From: Ginglymostoma cirratum
Lineage: Eukaryota
Assembly (NCBI GenBank): GCA_024137785.1
Contig: JAHRHZ010000116.1
Coordinates: 186,001 to 250,000, forward strand
Direction of reading: 5' to 3'
DNA length: 64,000 bases
Below are positions 63,275 to 64,000 of the stretch, one piece after another. The position numbers and the translations under genes are program-made. The notes below the pieces were generated by a model. That model was not told the origin of the DNA, did not search any database, and worked only from the letters and a program-made list of their open reading frames with translations. How positions within the stretch are numbered: the first letter of the stretch is position 1; every line of letters begins with the position of its first letter.

Positions 63275-64000
63275 ATGTTGCCAGGCGTACTTCATTTATT
63301 CCTCACAGCTGCGGCTGCTCTACCAGGTAGGCCGATAAATTGTGGATCTTTCTGTTTCAGATCACCAGGAGTAATTACATTTACTCGATCAATTTCTCCA
63401 AAACAGGAGCAGCAATACATTCGCCCAAATGAAAACAATCATTTGGATTTAACACCAAGCATGTTCAGGGGAATTTAGCGAATGTTTTCAAGTCGATTAC
63501 AGCAGAAGAGTTAGGACGAAAATCTATCCGGGACTGAGGCCACTAACATGCTGTGACAGGAACGGGAGCTTTAAACTCGCTGACTTAAACAGTTGTACGT
63601 TCAAGTTGCAGAGATGAATTGCGAAATGACTTCTGTAGAAGATATGACATGTTTATCAAGAAAGTTTTACTTCGGCTGTTGAAGCTCTTTCCAGTCACAT
63701 TTGCTGCGTTGCGAAAAATGGCTTTTTGGTTAACTTCCCTGATTTGTTCTTCAGGTTGCAGTGGTTTTGCTTCCTGGAATTATTTTTCGGATTGCTGAAG
63801 TTTTTTTTTCAGAAACTGATCCTTCTTGGTAATTCTCATGTTTTGGTTCAATTTGACGGGCCGAATGTGGACAATAAAAAAGAATTTTTTTTAATAAATT
63901 TCCTATTACTCCTTGTTTTTTACAGTATTTTGTCGCGGGGATTCTGTCACTCAGACACCGGCTTCAATCTCAGTGAATGAGAAAGATAATGCCCAGCTGT
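63275..64000 (+). CDS. TRAV/TRDV-like V segment, family E, partial (exons 63275-63326 and 63926->window end), possibly functional
   Basis: Leader MLPGVLHLFLTAAAALP|GT, acceptor TTTTACAG, open FCRGDSVTQTPASISVNEKDNAQL. The paralog at 15340 has a stop here. Confidence 0.8.

Noticed and set aside
130-63980. Most short ORFs in the six-frame track
   Set aside because: They are antisense or off-frame readings of V pseudogenes and retroelements, or chance ORFs with no domain motifs.
35-64000. NAR-TCR cassette (NAR V plus leaderless supporting V-delta)
   Set aside because: No IgNAR-like V, no D segments with 12/23 RSS pairs and no J segments between Vs were recognised.
1-64000. CRISPR arrays, rRNA, true tRNA genes, prokaryotic systems
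   Set aside because: The sequence is vertebrate. There are no regularly spaced repeats, and the tRNA-like stretches are SINE heads or the retroviral PBS.

Overview
Eukaryotic genomic DNA from a cartilaginous fish (inferred from shark-type HE1 SINE, CR1, Rex1, RTE and Penelope repeats). It is part of a T-cell-receptor alpha/delta-type variable (V) gene array. About 18 V segments are recognisable on both strands, as leader exon, intron, V exon and a 22/23-spacer RSS. About 8 more heavily decayed Ig-V relics are present. Nearly all are pseudogenes: only the V at 54520-55627 has a complete open frame (non-canonical), and the V starting at 63275 is open up to the window edge. The array is a mosaic of segmental duplications: 1-5320 ~ 54488-59470 (direct), 5320-12230 ~ 37445-31650 (inverted) and 13535-15420 ~ 62110-64000 (direct). 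A convergent two-V module occurs four times. One V lineage lacks both the first Cys and the conserved Trp in every copy. Insertions include a gag-less endogenous retrovirus (18398-24103), a solo LTR of the same family, a Penelope retroelement, several hammerhead-like Penelope repeat units and many LINE/SINE fragments. A possible decayed J-C-hinge-TM cassette lies at 49.36-50.79 kb (speculative). There is a 400-N assembly gap. All calls were made by eye without database searches; repeat boundaries are approximate.
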